Part shown: positions 43,409 through 54,824 of the stretch, piece after piece
Layout of the letters: each line of letters opens with the position of its first letter
How positions within the stretch are numbered: position 1 is the first letter of the stretch
Translations under genes and position numbers: made by a program
Origin: Deltaproteobacteria bacterium
GTDB lineage: Bacteria; Desulfobacterota; Syntrophorhabdia; Syntrophorhabdales; JANXAF01
Length of the DNA stretch: 64,000 nt
Reading direction: 5' to 3'
Assembly (NCBI GenBank): GCA_026417175.1
Contig: JAOADT010000004.1
Span: 29,519 to 93,518, forward strand
Notes under the pieces: model-generated
What the model was told of the DNA's origin: nothing
The model's database searches: none
The model's input: only the letters and a program-made list of their open reading frames with translations

Positions 43409-44206
43409 TTAATCACGCTCGTAGTATTCTTCGTATTTCTCAAAGGTTTCATCTGCTGTACCTTCATCGATACGTGGCTTTGGTTCTATGCTTTCTGATT
43501 CCTTTCCCTCAAATTCTTGGGAATACATCATTTTTCCCTCTAGGATTGCATCGGCTATCTTCATAGTGATAAGCTTTATTGCCCTTATTGCATCGTCATT
43601 TCCGGGTATAACGAAGTCTATATCGTCTGGATCGCAGTTGGTATCCACAATCCCAACCGTAGGAATTCCCAATTTTTTGGCTTCCCTTACTGCTATATGC
43701 TCCTTTTTTGGATCTACTATGTACAGTGCCCCTGGAAGTCTGTCCATGTTTTTTATGCCACCTAAGTTTTTTTCAAGTTTCTGAATCGTTCTTTCAATAG
43801 TTATTGCTTCTTTCTTTGGAAGTTTCCTGAATACCTCACTGTTCTTTAACTCTTCCAGCCTTTTTAAGCGTTCTATACTCTTTTGAATTGTCTGAAAATT
43901 TGTCATTGTACCGCCTAACCACCTGTTGTTCACATAAAAAGCCCCACACCTTTTAGCTTCCTCCTCTATTGCCTCCTGTGCCTGCTTTTTTGTACCCACA
44001 AAAAGTATGTATTCGTTTCTTGAAGCAACATCCCGAATGAAGTTGTACGCATCCTTAAACATTTTCAATGTCTTTTGCAAATCGATTATGTATATTCCAT
44101 TCCTTGCACCAAAGATGTAAGGCTTCATTTTTGGATTCCATCTCTTAGTCTGGTGACCAAAGTGAACACCTGCTTCAAGGAGCTGCTTAATGGTGAGATT
44201 AGACAT
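43409..44206 (-). CDS. rpsB: 30S ribosomal protein S2
   Basis: [19 protein letters not shown] and VDTNCDPD, with an acidic C-terminal tail. Confidence 0.96.
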   Translation of the reverse strand: MSNLTIKQLLEAGVHFGHQTKRWNPKMKPYIFGARNGIYIIDLQKTLKMFKDAYNFIRDVASRNEYILFVGTKKQAQEAIEEEAKRCGAFYVNNRWLGGTMTNFQTIQKSIERLKRLEELKNSEVFRKLPKKEAITIERTIQKLEKNLGGIKNMDRLPGALYIVDPKKEHIAVREAKKLGIPTVGIVDTNCDPDDIDFVIPGNDDAIRAIKLITMKIADAILEGKMMYSQEFEGKESESIEPKPRIDEGTADETFEKYEEYYERD

Positions 44207-44399
44207 TTGATACCTCCTGGTTAATCTTCCGCCTTTCGCATCTCAGTATCAGACAGGTTACCCTGCACCCTGAAACTGATTGAAAGACGTGCAAATTTGA
44301 AACCCTGTATAATTATCACACCATTTCGAATATTTCAACACAAATTCTTAATAACAAAAGAGATTTTTGTGGTATATTTAAACTCGAAAAGAGGAGAAA

Positions 44400-45479
44400 G
44401 TGGACAAGGAACTTATACAGAGATATCTAGCTTCTGAAAAAAAAGAAAGGATTAAAATTCTTGAGTCGCTTGAAAAAGAGAAAACGTATGAGACTGTTTC
44501 ACTTCTTTCGGCTTTATACGAGGCAGAAAAAGATAAGGAAGTATTGAAACTGATAAGAAGGATTATGTTTTATTTTAGGACAGCTGGCCTTAAAGTAGAA
44601 CTACCAAAAGAAAAAGGGCTCTCTGTTCTGCGACGTACCGAAAAAAAATTCTCAGCAAAAAGTTACATTTCCAATTATGACCAGGATCTCAATAGGGTTG
44701 TTTTCATTGAAACGAGTGTGAAAAAAGACCTTCTTTTTTTGACTCAAGCTTTCATTAATCTACAGGAAGGGCTACTCGAATTAAGGATGGGTGAGGCAAG
44801 AAAGGAAGAATATTCTTCATGGTTTAAGGAAAAAATCAAAATGTGGGTTAACTTACAGATGCTTTTCTCAGAGGTATCCCCGGAATACGCATATTATTTA
44901 ATAGAGGAAGGGTCCAGTAAGTCAAAAAAATTCAAAGATGAAATTTCCAATCTAAAAACGCTTATAGTGAGGCTGGATTCCAAAGAAAAAATAAGGAAAC
45001 CGGAAGATATTTACAGTCTTTACGATCGTGGTACCTTAGAAGATATGCCAATAGATCAAATACTCAACCACAGAATCTTTAAAAACTTTTTTATGAAATG
45101 GGAAAAAATTAAAAAAGATGTACTGGAATACGAAAAAATAGGAGAAGGTACAATAGTTTTACCTGAGTATCTCAAACGAGAAAAGAGAATGGAATATTTA
45201 AGGATTCTGGCAAAAAGACCGGATTTGGAATACCTGTCAAAAGATTTAAAAAGGGTTTTGGAAGATTATGCTTACATGCTAAGTTCTTCTGGGGAACACA
45301 ACTATGCAAAAGCGATAGTTAATGTTCTTAGAAAGCCAGAAATTTTTGAGGACATTTTCATATTCCTTCTCGAAAAGTCTATTCTTCACAATTCTTGTCA
45401 GGAAGAATCTCCTAGGCTTCTGGTCACACCTCAGGAATATTTTCAAAGTGCGTATGGGAAGATTTCCCCGAAAGGATAA
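44400..45479 (+). CDS. Hypothetical protein (359 aa)
   Basis: GTG start with a strong GAGGAGAAA Shine-Dalgarno, helix-rich K/E/L composition, and a 26-nt overlap of its 3' end with the rlmE start. No motif recognised. Confidence 0.6.
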   Translation: MDKELIQRYLASEKKERIKILESLEKEKTYETVSLLSALYEAEKDKEVLKLIRRIMFYFRTAGLKVELPKEKGLSVLRRTEKKFSAKSYISNYDQDLNRVVFIETSVKKDLLFLTQAFINLQEGLLELRMGEARKEEYSSWFKEKIKMWVNLQMLFSEVSPEYAYYLIEEGSSKSKKFKDEISNLKTLIVRLDSKEKIRKPEDIYSLYDRGTLEDMPIDQILNHRIFKNFFMKWEKIKKDVLEYEKIGEGTIVLPEYLKREKRMEYLRILAKRPDLEYLSKDLKRVLEDYAYMLSSSGEHNYAKAIVNVLRKPEIFEDIFIFLLEKSILHNSCQEESPRLLVTPQEYFQSAYGKISPKG

Positions 45480-46053
45480 GTTTTATTTAAAAGCAAAAGA
45501 CGAAGGTTTTAGAGCGCGAAGCGCATACAAACTCTTAGAGATCCAAAAAAGATTTCAGCTTATAAAAAGTGGAGACCGGGTGCTGGATCTTGGTTGTTCA
45601 CCTGGAAGCTTCATTCAGGTAATACATAGGATCGTCGGTGAGAAAGGGTTTATCGTTGGAATTGACCTGTTAGAAACAGAGTCCTTTCCTTCGAGTAACG
45701 TAGTTATTAGAAAGGGAGACGTGTGCGAGATCGATATAAAAAGTATAATGGAGGAATACGGTATACCCTCATTTGACATTATAACTTCGGATATTTCTCC
45801 AAACATTTCAGGAATAAGAGAAGTAGATGAGGAAAACAGAAAAAGGGTATACGAGTCGATAAAAAAAATAACAGTTGCGGGACTTAAAACTGGTGGTCAT
45901 TTAATAATGAAGTGTTTCTTTACAGAAAGTTTCATACCCATCAAAAACGATTTGAAAAATATGTTTAAAAGAGTAGTAGTTTTCAAACCTCAGGCATCTA
46001 GAAAAATAAGTCCAGAGGTATACCTTATTGGCATGTCTTTGAAAAAAAGCTAA
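45454..46053 (+). CDS. rlmE: 23S rRNA (uridine2552-2'-O)-methyltransferase RlmE/FtsJ
   Basis: RARSAYKLLEIQKRF and VLDLGCSPGSF, with the downstream D-K catalytic context. ATG 45454 chosen; the ORF-track start 45322 lies inside the upstream gene. Confidence 0.9.
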   Translation: MGRFPRKDKFYLKAKDEGFRARSAYKLLEIQKRFQLIKSGDRVLDLGCSPGSFIQVIHRIVGEKGFIVGIDLLETESFPSSNVVIRKGDVCEIDIKSIMEEYGIPSFDIITSDISPNISGIREVDEENRKRVYESIKKITVAGLKTGGHLIMKCFFTESFIPIKNDLKNMFKRVVVFKPQASRKISPEVYLIGMSLKKS

Positions 46054-46204
46054 TATTTCAGCTATGATGATCGGAGGTTCCCAAAGTTTTGGGTTTCTAA
46101 TTTGTTAAACCTCATAACATCAAAACCCAAATCATATTTTTGAAAACATAAGGAATTATTTGCCTAACTATCTGCAATCTGTTATAAAAATACCTATTTT
46201 GGAA

Positions 46205-48634
<2,430 letters not shown>

Positions 48635-48635
48635 A

Positions 48636-48986
48636 GTGGCAAGATACGAAAACATTATAATCTTAAACCCTGACTCGCCGAAAGAAGAGAAAGATGAACT
48701 TTTAAAGAGGATAAGAGCAAACATTGAGAGAACTGGAGCAAAGATAATAAGGTTCGATGACTGGACCGTACGGAAGCTGGCTTACTCAATAAAGAAAATG
48801 GACAGGGGGCACTATTTTTATATACTCTTTGATGCCGAAAAAGAAACAATCCCCCAGATTGACAGATTTTATAAAACACAGGACAACCTGTTGAGACACC
48901 TCTTTATAAGGGTTGATGACGAAGAAGAGGGTCCGACTGCTGTGCCCGAACAAGTTATTTTCGATGAACTCGAAGGTGAGTACTAG
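48636..48986 (+). CDS. rpsF: 30S ribosomal protein S6
   Basis: MARYENIIILNPD and WTVRKLAYSIKK, with an acidic C-terminus. Confidence 0.93.
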   Translation: MARYENIIILNPDSPKEEKDELLKRIRANIERTGAKIIRFDDWTVRKLAYSIKKMDRGHYFYILFDAEKETIPQIDRFYKTQDNLLRHLFIRVDDEEEGPTAVPEQVIFDELEGEY

Positions 48987-49249
48987 TGAATAGAATTTTT
49001 TTTACAGGAAGGACTGGAGACCTAAGGATATTCTTCACCCCTAAAGGTGAAAAAGTTGCTTTGTTTCCTGTAAAGATAGAAGATTTTGAAACAGTCGAAG
49101 TTTTGTACCTGGACAATGAGGGAAATTTGAATGAAAAGGATTTTAAAGGAAAAAAAATCATGGTCTTCGGAAGCTTCATCAAATCTGATGAAGTAACCGG
49201 TAAAATGCTTAGAATTAAAGCAAAAAAAATCGAGTTGTTGGAGGAATAG
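48986..49249 (+). CDS. Miniature SSB-derived OB-fold protein (PriB-like position), no acidic C-terminal tip
   Basis: 87 aa with a GTG start overlapping the rpsF stop; it ends 1 nt before rpsR. MNRIFFTGRTGDLRIFFTPKGEKVALFPV matches the SSB N-terminal pattern (M.NKV.LIGRLG.DPELRYT..G..VA.F.LAV). No Gly/Pro-rich linker or DDDIPF-type tail. Confidence 0.65.
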   Translation: MNRIFFTGRTGDLRIFFTPKGEKVALFPVKIEDFETVEVLYLDNEGNLNEKDFKGKKIMVFGSFIKSDEVTGKMLRIKAKKIELLEE

Positions 49250-49510
49250 ATGATAAACAAATCAAAACCACAGGATTTGCAAAAAAAGAGGGTCTATGTC
49301 AGAAGAAAAGTTTGCAAATTTTGCGAGGACCCATCGATCGAGATTAATTACAAAAATCCCAAACTTCTCAAACAGTTTATCACAGAAAGGGGTAAAATAA
49401 TGCCCAGGCGCATGACAGGTACCTGTGCCTTCCATCAAAGAAAACTAAGAAATGCGATAAAGATCGCAAGAATTATTGCACTTCTGCCCTTTACTACACT
49501 TTCACGTTAG
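49250..49510 (+). CDS. rpsR: 30S ribosomal protein S18
   Basis: [36 protein letters not shown] and [13 protein letters not shown]. Confidence 0.95.
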   Translation: MINKSKPQDLQKKRVYVRRKVCKFCEDPSIEINYKNPKLLKQFITERGKIMPRRMTGTCAFHQRKLRNAIKIARIIALLPFTTLSR

Positions 49511-49519
49511 GGGGAAAAA

Positions 49520-49969
49520 ATGAGGGTAATTTTGACTGAAAACCTTGAGGGTGTAGGAAAAAGAGGAGACGTAATCAATGTCAGAGACGGATATGGAAGA
49601 AATTATTTGATACCAAAAGGATTTGCCGTTTTGGCCACAGATGGAAATTTAAAAAGGTTAGAACATTTAATAAAGGAGAGGGAGAAAAAAAGAGATCGTA
49701 TTAAAAAACACTCCGAGGAAATAAAAAAATTGTTAGAGGAGAAAGAAATCACCGTATTCAAAAAGATTGGAAAAGATGGGAAGCTTTTCGGTTCAGTAAC
49801 TCAGAAAGATATAGCTGAGGCAATGGAGAAGGCGCTTAAGGTATCAATTGACAAGAGAAACATACATATCCATGAACCCATAAAAACCGAGGGACTGCAT
49901 ATGGTAGAGGTGGATTTGGGTCAGGGCATCAAAGCAGAAGTTAAAATCGCCGTGGAAAAAAAGAAATAG
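49520..49969 (+). CDS. rplI: 50S ribosomal protein L9
   Basis: MRVILTENLEGVGKRGDVINVRDGYGRNYLIPKGFA. Confidence 0.95.
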   Translation: MRVILTENLEGVGKRGDVINVRDGYGRNYLIPKGFAVLATDGNLKRLEHLIKEREKKRDRIKKHSEEIKKLLEEKEITVFKKIGKDGKLFGSVTQKDIAEAMEKALKVSIDKRNIHIHEPIKTEGLHMVEVDLGQGIKAEVKIAVEKKK

Positions 49970-51337
49970 ATGGAGCTTGCGCGGGCGAGAAAAACTAAAA
50001 AAACAAAGCCTGATGTTAGGTTACCACCCCAGAATCTTGAAGCGGAGCAGTCTGTGCTCGGAGGTATTCTAGCTGAATCAGAGGCTATAAATAAAGTGAT
50101 AGATATAATAGGTCCTGAAGATTTTTACCGGGAAGCTCATAAAAAGATTTATGAGCTTATGATTGAACTTTACGAAAGAAGCGAGCCGATAGACATAATA
50201 ACCTTAAGCTCAGTAGCAAGAGATAAGGGGGTACTCGATCAGATCGGGGGTGTAACTTACCTTAGTTCCCTCGTAGATATGATGCCAAGCGCGGCAAATA
50301 TCGTCCAATACGCCAAAATGGTGAGAGAGAAATCCATACTGAGGGAGCTTATAAATGTAGCAAATGAGATCATAGAGAGAAGTTATGAGATTGATCTTGA
50401 TGTAGAGGACTACGTAGACGATGCGGAAAAGATGATATTTCAGGTTTCAGAGAAAAAGTTCAAACCCTCCTTTTACTCTGTAAGAGATGTAGTCAAAGAA
50501 AATATAAAAACCATATGGAAGCTGTACGAGCAAAAACAAGCAGTCACAGGAATACCTACAGGTTTTATCGAGCTTGACAGACTAACTAGCGGTCTTCAAC
50601 CTTGTGATCTAATAGTCGTTGCCGGAAGACCAAGTATGGGTAAAACTGCGTTCTGTATGAACATTGCACAGTATGTATCCATGTTGAAAGAGTCTCCTAT
50701 TCCAGTAGGGATCTTTTCCATGGAGATGTCCAAGGAACAACTGGTCACTAGAATGCTCAGTTCCGAGGCAGAAGTGGATCACACAAGACTAAGGACAGGC
50801 ACTTTCTCAAGTAGTGAACTTCAAAGAATCTTTCAGGCTGCTGGAAGACTATCTGAAGCAAAGATCTTTATCGATGATTCTCCATCGATGACCATTTTAG
50901 AACTGAGGGCGAGAGCAAGAAGATTAATAAGAGAACATAATGTGGGCCTGCTGATAATAGATTATCTTCAGCTTATAAAAGGTAGAACCAATACAGAAAG
51001 AAGAGAACAGGAAATATCTGAGATTTCAAGGTTTTTAAAAGCCCTCGCAAAGGAACTAAAAATCCCTGTGATCGCCATATCTCAACTTAACAGGATGGTA
51101 GAACAGAGAGAGGACAAGAGACCCCGTTTGGCTGACTTGAGGGAATCGGGAGCTATAGAACAAGATGCAGATTTAATACTTTTTATATATAGAGACGAAG
51201 TGTACCACAAGGATAAAGACTCTAATAAGGGAGTAGCAGAGATAATCATTGGCAAGCAACGAAATGGACCAACTGACACTGTAAAGCTTGCTTTTATTGA
51301 CAAATACGCGACTTTTAAAAATCTTTACAGGGAATGA
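49970..51337 (+). CDS. dnaB: Replicative DNA helicase DnaB
   Basis: PPQNLEAEQSVLGGIL, Walker A GRPSMGKTAF, IIDYLQL and SQLNR. Normal length with no intein. Confidence 0.96.
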   Translation: MELARARKTKKTKPDVRLPPQNLEAEQSVLGGILAESEAINKVIDIIGPEDFYREAHKKIYELMIELYERSEPIDIITLSSVARDKGVLDQIGGVTYLSSLVDMMPSAANIVQYAKMVREKSILRELINVANEIIERSYEIDLDVEDYVDDAEKMIFQVSEKKFKPSFYSVRDVVKENIKTIWKLYEQKQAVTGIPTGFIELDRLTSGLQPCDLIVVAGRPSMGKTAFCMNIAQYVSMLKESPIPVGIFSMEMSKEQLVTRMLSSEAEVDHTRLRTGTFSSSELQRIFQAAGRLSEAKIFIDDSPSMTILELRARARRLIREHNVGLLIIDYLQLIKGRTNTERREQEISEISRFLKALAKELKIPVIAISQLNRMVEQREDKRPRLADLRESGAIEQDADLILFIYRDEVYHKDKDSNKGVAEIIIGKQRNGPTDTVKLAFIDKYATFKNLYRE

Positions 51338-51867
51338 CTTTCCCAAACTTTCTCTCGGCTTTCAGACTTATTGGGACATTTTTCTTTCTTTTCTTTGTTA
51401 TCAGAGAAAGATATAACATAGCCTTTATCATATTTGTACTTCAAGGTCTAAGCGACTTGATGGATGGATTAATAGCTCGTACATTCAAGTCGAAGACAAC
51501 TGTTGGTGCATTTCTTGATCCATTGGCAGATAAGTTCATGCTTGTATCCTCATATCTTATCCTAACATATAAGAATATAATTCCCCAGTGGATAACCCTT
51601 CTTGTGGTGCTTAGAGATTCTTTTGTACTTTTAGGCTTTATTGTGCTTTATCGTATCTCAAACGAGAAAATTCCGCATCCCCGTGTTTTAGGTAAAGTTT
51701 GTACGGCAATACAAGCGATAACCATTGCTTACGTGCTTTGGTCAAAAGACGATAGGCTCCGACTTTTTTTCTTTTATCCCACCGTAATTTTAACCATTAC
51801 TTCGGGACTTGATTATCTGTTTGCAAGTCTCCGTCTTTTCGTAAGATATAAACCAATGAGGAGCTAA
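51334..51867 (+). CDS. CDP-alcohol phosphatidyltransferase (PgsA-like)
   Basis: SDLMDGLIARTFKSKTTVGAFLDPLADK motif; 177-aa membrane protein; ATGA overlap with dnaB. Confidence 0.8.
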   Translation: MTFPNFLSAFRLIGTFFFLFFVIRERYNIAFIIFVLQGLSDLMDGLIARTFKSKTTVGAFLDPLADKFMLVSSYLILTYKNIIPQWITLLVVLRDSFVLLGFIVLYRISNEKIPHPRVLGKVCTAIQAITIAYVLWSKDDRLRLFFFYPTVILTITSGLDYLFASLRLFVRYKPMRS

Positions 51868-53039
51868 ACCCCTTCTCTAATTTTGAATACTACAAAACTT
51901 ATTCCAATCACTGTGAGTCCTAATATTTTTATCCCAAGGGCAAAGCTAAGATAATCTCCAAAAAATCCGAGTATGTATGGCAAAACACCTATTCCTACCG
52001 CAGAAGCTATAGAAACTACAAAACCCATAGCAAATGCCCTTTTTTCAAGTGGAATAATTCTCGAACTCAAAACAAAACAGAGCGGAAACATCGCGGATAT
52101 TATGGTAGCTTGGACGAAGAGTATATACACCATAAAGTCCAGTGGGCAAATGGGTATAAAAAAAGTGAGAAACCCGGAGATAAAAAGAATGACAAACAGA
52201 ACTTTTTTAATGTCAAAAAAATCTAGCACAAATCCCACTAGAAACACGAAGAAAAACGAACCTATTCTTGAAAATCCAAGGACCTTTTGAGTAAAGGAAA
52301 TGTCAAACATAAGTTCCTTAGAAAGAAATAGAGGAAGGATGTAATAAAGGCCCATGTTAGCCCCTGCTGAAAAGATAAGAATGATACTTATTGCCCATAG
52401 AGTTCTATTTTTAACTATCTCGAAAAATATCTTCTTGGTATCCCCTTTTTCTACTTTTATTTCTTCTACTTCCCTCGTAATTAGATAAAAAACAAGGCTA
52501 AGAAACACAAAACAGAAACCTAAAAGAAGAAAAACACCACGCCAAGAAACGTATTTTAAAAGTTGATAAGCAATAAAAGGCGCTAATAGTATGCTAGCGG
52601 ATGCACCCGAATCATGAATAGGTATAACTTTCCCCCAAAGTTTTTCACTGTAAACTTTTGTTATTATGGATATAGCTGATGGCAGATACGTCCCAGCTGT
52701 GAAACCTAAAGCAAAAAGAAAAGGATAAAACAATAAAAAAACTTTGTTCTGTGAAAGAACCAAAAGAAAAAAGGCATTACATATAAATGAAAAAATAATC
52801 GATCTCTTGTGTCCAAGAGTATTTGAAAATATCCCCATGAGAAAGAGAGCAACCCCGTTTCCGATTGATATCGCAGCGAAAAGACCACCTGCAGCTGTGT
52901 GGGAAACACCGAATTCGTCTTCAAGTATGGGTGCAATCGGCGCAAGGATAGTCCGACATGTGAAATTCAAAAACCAAAATACCCAGAAGAGAAAGAGGTA
53001 GATTATTGATAGAGAATTAAAACGATCGAATGTTTTCAT
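51864..53039 (-). CDS. MFS transporter
   Basis: 391 aa with about 12 hydrophobic segments; the loop GIFSNTLGHKRS resembles the MFS motif A region. Confidence 0.8.
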   Translation of the reverse strand: MKTFDRFNSLSIIYLFLFWVFWFLNFTCRTILAPIAPILEDEFGVSHTAAGGLFAAISIGNGVALFLMGIFSNTLGHKRSIIFSFICNAFFLLVLSQNKVFLLFYPFLFALGFTAGTYLPSAISIITKVYSEKLWGKVIPIHDSGASASILLAPFIAYQLLKYVSWRGVFLLLGFCFVFLSLVFYLITREVEEIKVEKGDTKKIFFEIVKNRTLWAISIILIFSAGANMGLYYILPLFLSKELMFDISFTQKVLGFSRIGSFFFVFLVGFVLDFFDIKKVLFVILFISGFLTFFIPICPLDFMVYILFVQATIISAMFPLCFVLSSRIIPLEKRAFAMGFVVSIASAVGIGVLPYILGFFGDYLSFALGIKILGLTVIGISFVVFKIREGV

Positions 53040-53149
53040 TCTCTAATTATGATTACTCGCTCAGATTAACACAATGGTGGTATTACATTCCAGATTTTTT
53101 TGTTGACAAGATTTAGTCCGTACCGTAAAAATATGTAATTGATAACAAA

Positions 53150-53165
53150 GTTCTATATACAGAAC
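53150..53165. promoter_or_regulatory. 16-bp near-perfect palindrome GTTCTATATACAGAAC (candidate operator)
   Basis: Read directly. The half-sites GTTCTATA / TACAGAAC differ at one position. It lies in the divergent region between the MFS and IclR genes. Confidence 0.4.
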
Positions 53166-53191
53166 GAAGAAAGGAAAGCTCAGACGGTTAA

Positions 53192-53200
53192 TGCTATAAT
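53192..53200 (+). promoter_or_regulatory. Extended -10 promoter element TGcTATAAT with no annotated gene downstream for about 300 nt
   Basis: Perfect TATAAT at 53195..53200 preceded by TG at 53192..53193. Confidence 0.4.
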
Positions 53201-53645
53201 GGAAATGGAACCTTACAACCAGATAAGATGTGATGTGCGCGAGGGAATACTAACCAATAATATCAAATATGGCTCTTAATAACAGAGTGTTACAAACTGG
53301 ATAAGTCATCTGAAATAAAGAAAGTTATGACCGTACTTAAATCCATCAGGGGAAGGTTATAATTCGTGTGGAGTAATTATAAGTTTAGCTGGGTAATCAC
53401 TGATTATCCCTCTTTTGAAATGGATTCATAGAGATGTATTTACTTAACTTTTTTTCTCTTAAATTCCGATGCATATGGTTGTATCCGGATAATTCAAAAG
53501 TAGAGAGAGAATAAAAATGAACAAGTTCATACCCTTGTGGAAACCTGAACTGATTTTGGAGGCAAGGATCGAATACACCGGTTTCAAAGTTTGGTACGAA
53601 AAGATCTACTTTAACAGGAAAGAATTTTTTCACATCCTAATCAAG

Positions 53646-53676
53646 GAGAACGGGAAAATTCGTGCTCATCTTTTTT
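53646..53676 (+). terminator. Terminator-like hairpin plus T6 tract
   Basis: GAGAACG (53646..53652), an 8-nt loop, then CGTGCTC (53661..53667) with one A.G mismatch, then ATC and TTTTTT (53671..53676). It lies inside the doubtful 127-aa ORF 53517..53900. Confidence 0.3.
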
Positions 53677-53963
53677 CGCTCATATCACCCAGGGTCCGTA
53701 GAGGTTATACTATCAGGCCTATTTTTTTCTCAAAAATATATAAAACATCTGGAATTACTATAGCTAACAAATCATGTAGTCCACTCACAAGGAAAAGGGA
53801 TGAGGAGGAATTTTCTATGAAGCACAATACTTTTTATCGAAGTTACAAAGGATGCCATCAAAGGAATATCTTTCATAACTTCGAAAAAGACAAAAGGTGA
53901 GATGAAGATAAAAAGTAATGCCTCTATCATACTCAAGCCTGGAGTTGTGAAATGTGGAGTATG

Positions 53964-53972
53964 TGCTAATAT
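53964..53972 (+). promoter_or_regulatory. Extended -10 element TGcTAATAT, candidate promoter of the iclR / Mo-enzyme operon
   Basis: Read directly; it ends 27 nt upstream of ATG 53999. Confidence 0.4.
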
Positions 53973-53998
53973 ATAGCTATTAAGTAAGCTAACTACCC

Positions 53999-54820
53999 AT
54001 GAATAGAAGAAAAACTTCTTCAAATTACACAAAAACAGTGCCAGCTGTTGATCAAGCATTGAAGATCCTTTTCTTTATGGCAAAAGATAAACACCCGAAG
54101 CTTTCACTTACGGAGATATGTAAAGGGGTAGGGATTCATAAGAGCAAGGGCTTCTCCATACTTAATACGCTTGCGAAATATGGACTGGTACAAAAAGATT
54201 CCGAGGACAAACAGTACGCGTTGGGATTAGGAATTCTTTCTCTGTCGAGGAAGGTTCTTGAGAATTTAGATTATAGAAGAATCGCCATGCCATATCTTGA
54301 GAAAATATCTAATTTGACAAAGGCAACTGCAATTTTTGGTGTCATTCTTGGAGAAGATTTATTCGTGGTGGCAAAAAAAGAACCGAAGAGCTCTGTACAC
54401 ATCACTATCCGCCTCGGCTACCGGTTTCACATAACTCATGGCGCCCATGGAAAAGCTATAGCTGCCTTTCTTGAAGAAAAAGAACTTTTATCTTTGATAA
54501 AAAAAAGAAAAACATATTTTTTTGGCAACCAGACAGTGCTAGATAAGGATAGGCTTATGTCAGAAATAAGAGAATGCCGAAAAAAGGGTTTCGCTTACGA
54601 CATAGGCGAACTTCATCCGGGTATCTCTGCTATTTCATCTCCTGTTTTCGACTCGAAAAACACTCCTATAGGTGTGCTGATAATACTCGGTACCTTAGAA
54701 AAAGAAAAGATGGAAGATTTCGGAAGGATAGTCCACGAGGCCGCACGGGATTTTTCCTTGGAGCTCGGTGCGGACTTAAAAAAGACTTACGAAAAATATG
54801 CAAATTTAGCAAGGGAGTGA
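53999..54820 (+). CDS. IclR-family transcriptional regulator
   Basis: N-terminal wHTH VPAVDQALKILFFMAKDKHPKLSLTEICKGVGIHKSKGFSILNTL and a C-terminal IclR effector domain (ISAISSPVF); 273 aa. Confidence 0.88.
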   Translation: MNRRKTSSNYTKTVPAVDQALKILFFMAKDKHPKLSLTEICKGVGIHKSKGFSILNTLAKYGLVQKDSEDKQYALGLGILSLSRKVLENLDYRRIAMPYLEKISNLTKATAIFGVILGEDLFVVAKKEPKSSVHITIRLGYRFHITHGAHGKAIAAFLEEKELLSLIKKRKTYFFGNQTVLDKDRLMSEIRECRKKGFAYDIGELHPGISAISSPVFDSKNTPIGVLIILGTLEKEKMEDFGRIVHEAARDFSLELGADLKKTYEKYANLARE

Positions 54821-54824
54821 AACA

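Noticed and set aside
44207-44399. A replication origin at the switch from minus-strand to plus-strand genes, with dnaB nearby.
   Set aside because: The spacer is only 193 bp. It has no cluster of TTATCCACA-like DnaA boxes (only two poor matches), no AT-rich 13-mer array and no dnaA or dnaN nearby. It is adequately explained as divergent promoters plus the rpsB leader. I did not compute GC skew.
45322-45453. The N-terminal 44-aa extension of rlmE in the ORF track. Similar extensions occur at 3532..3609 (thioredoxin-like), 46160..46204 (queA), 62165..62203 (tsaC), 63182..63292 (lipoprotein) and 25024..25086 (mraY).
   Set aside because: The extensions lie inside upstream genes or lack family-typical sequence. 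Internal ATG codons give canonical N-termini and/or ATGA coupling.
53517-53900. The 127-aa ORF as a confident protein-coding gene.
   Set aside because: Only the first roughly 55 residues look protein-like. The remainder is basic low-complexity sequence, and a terminator-like hairpin lies inside it. It is kept as an open question in the findings rather than listed as a CDS.
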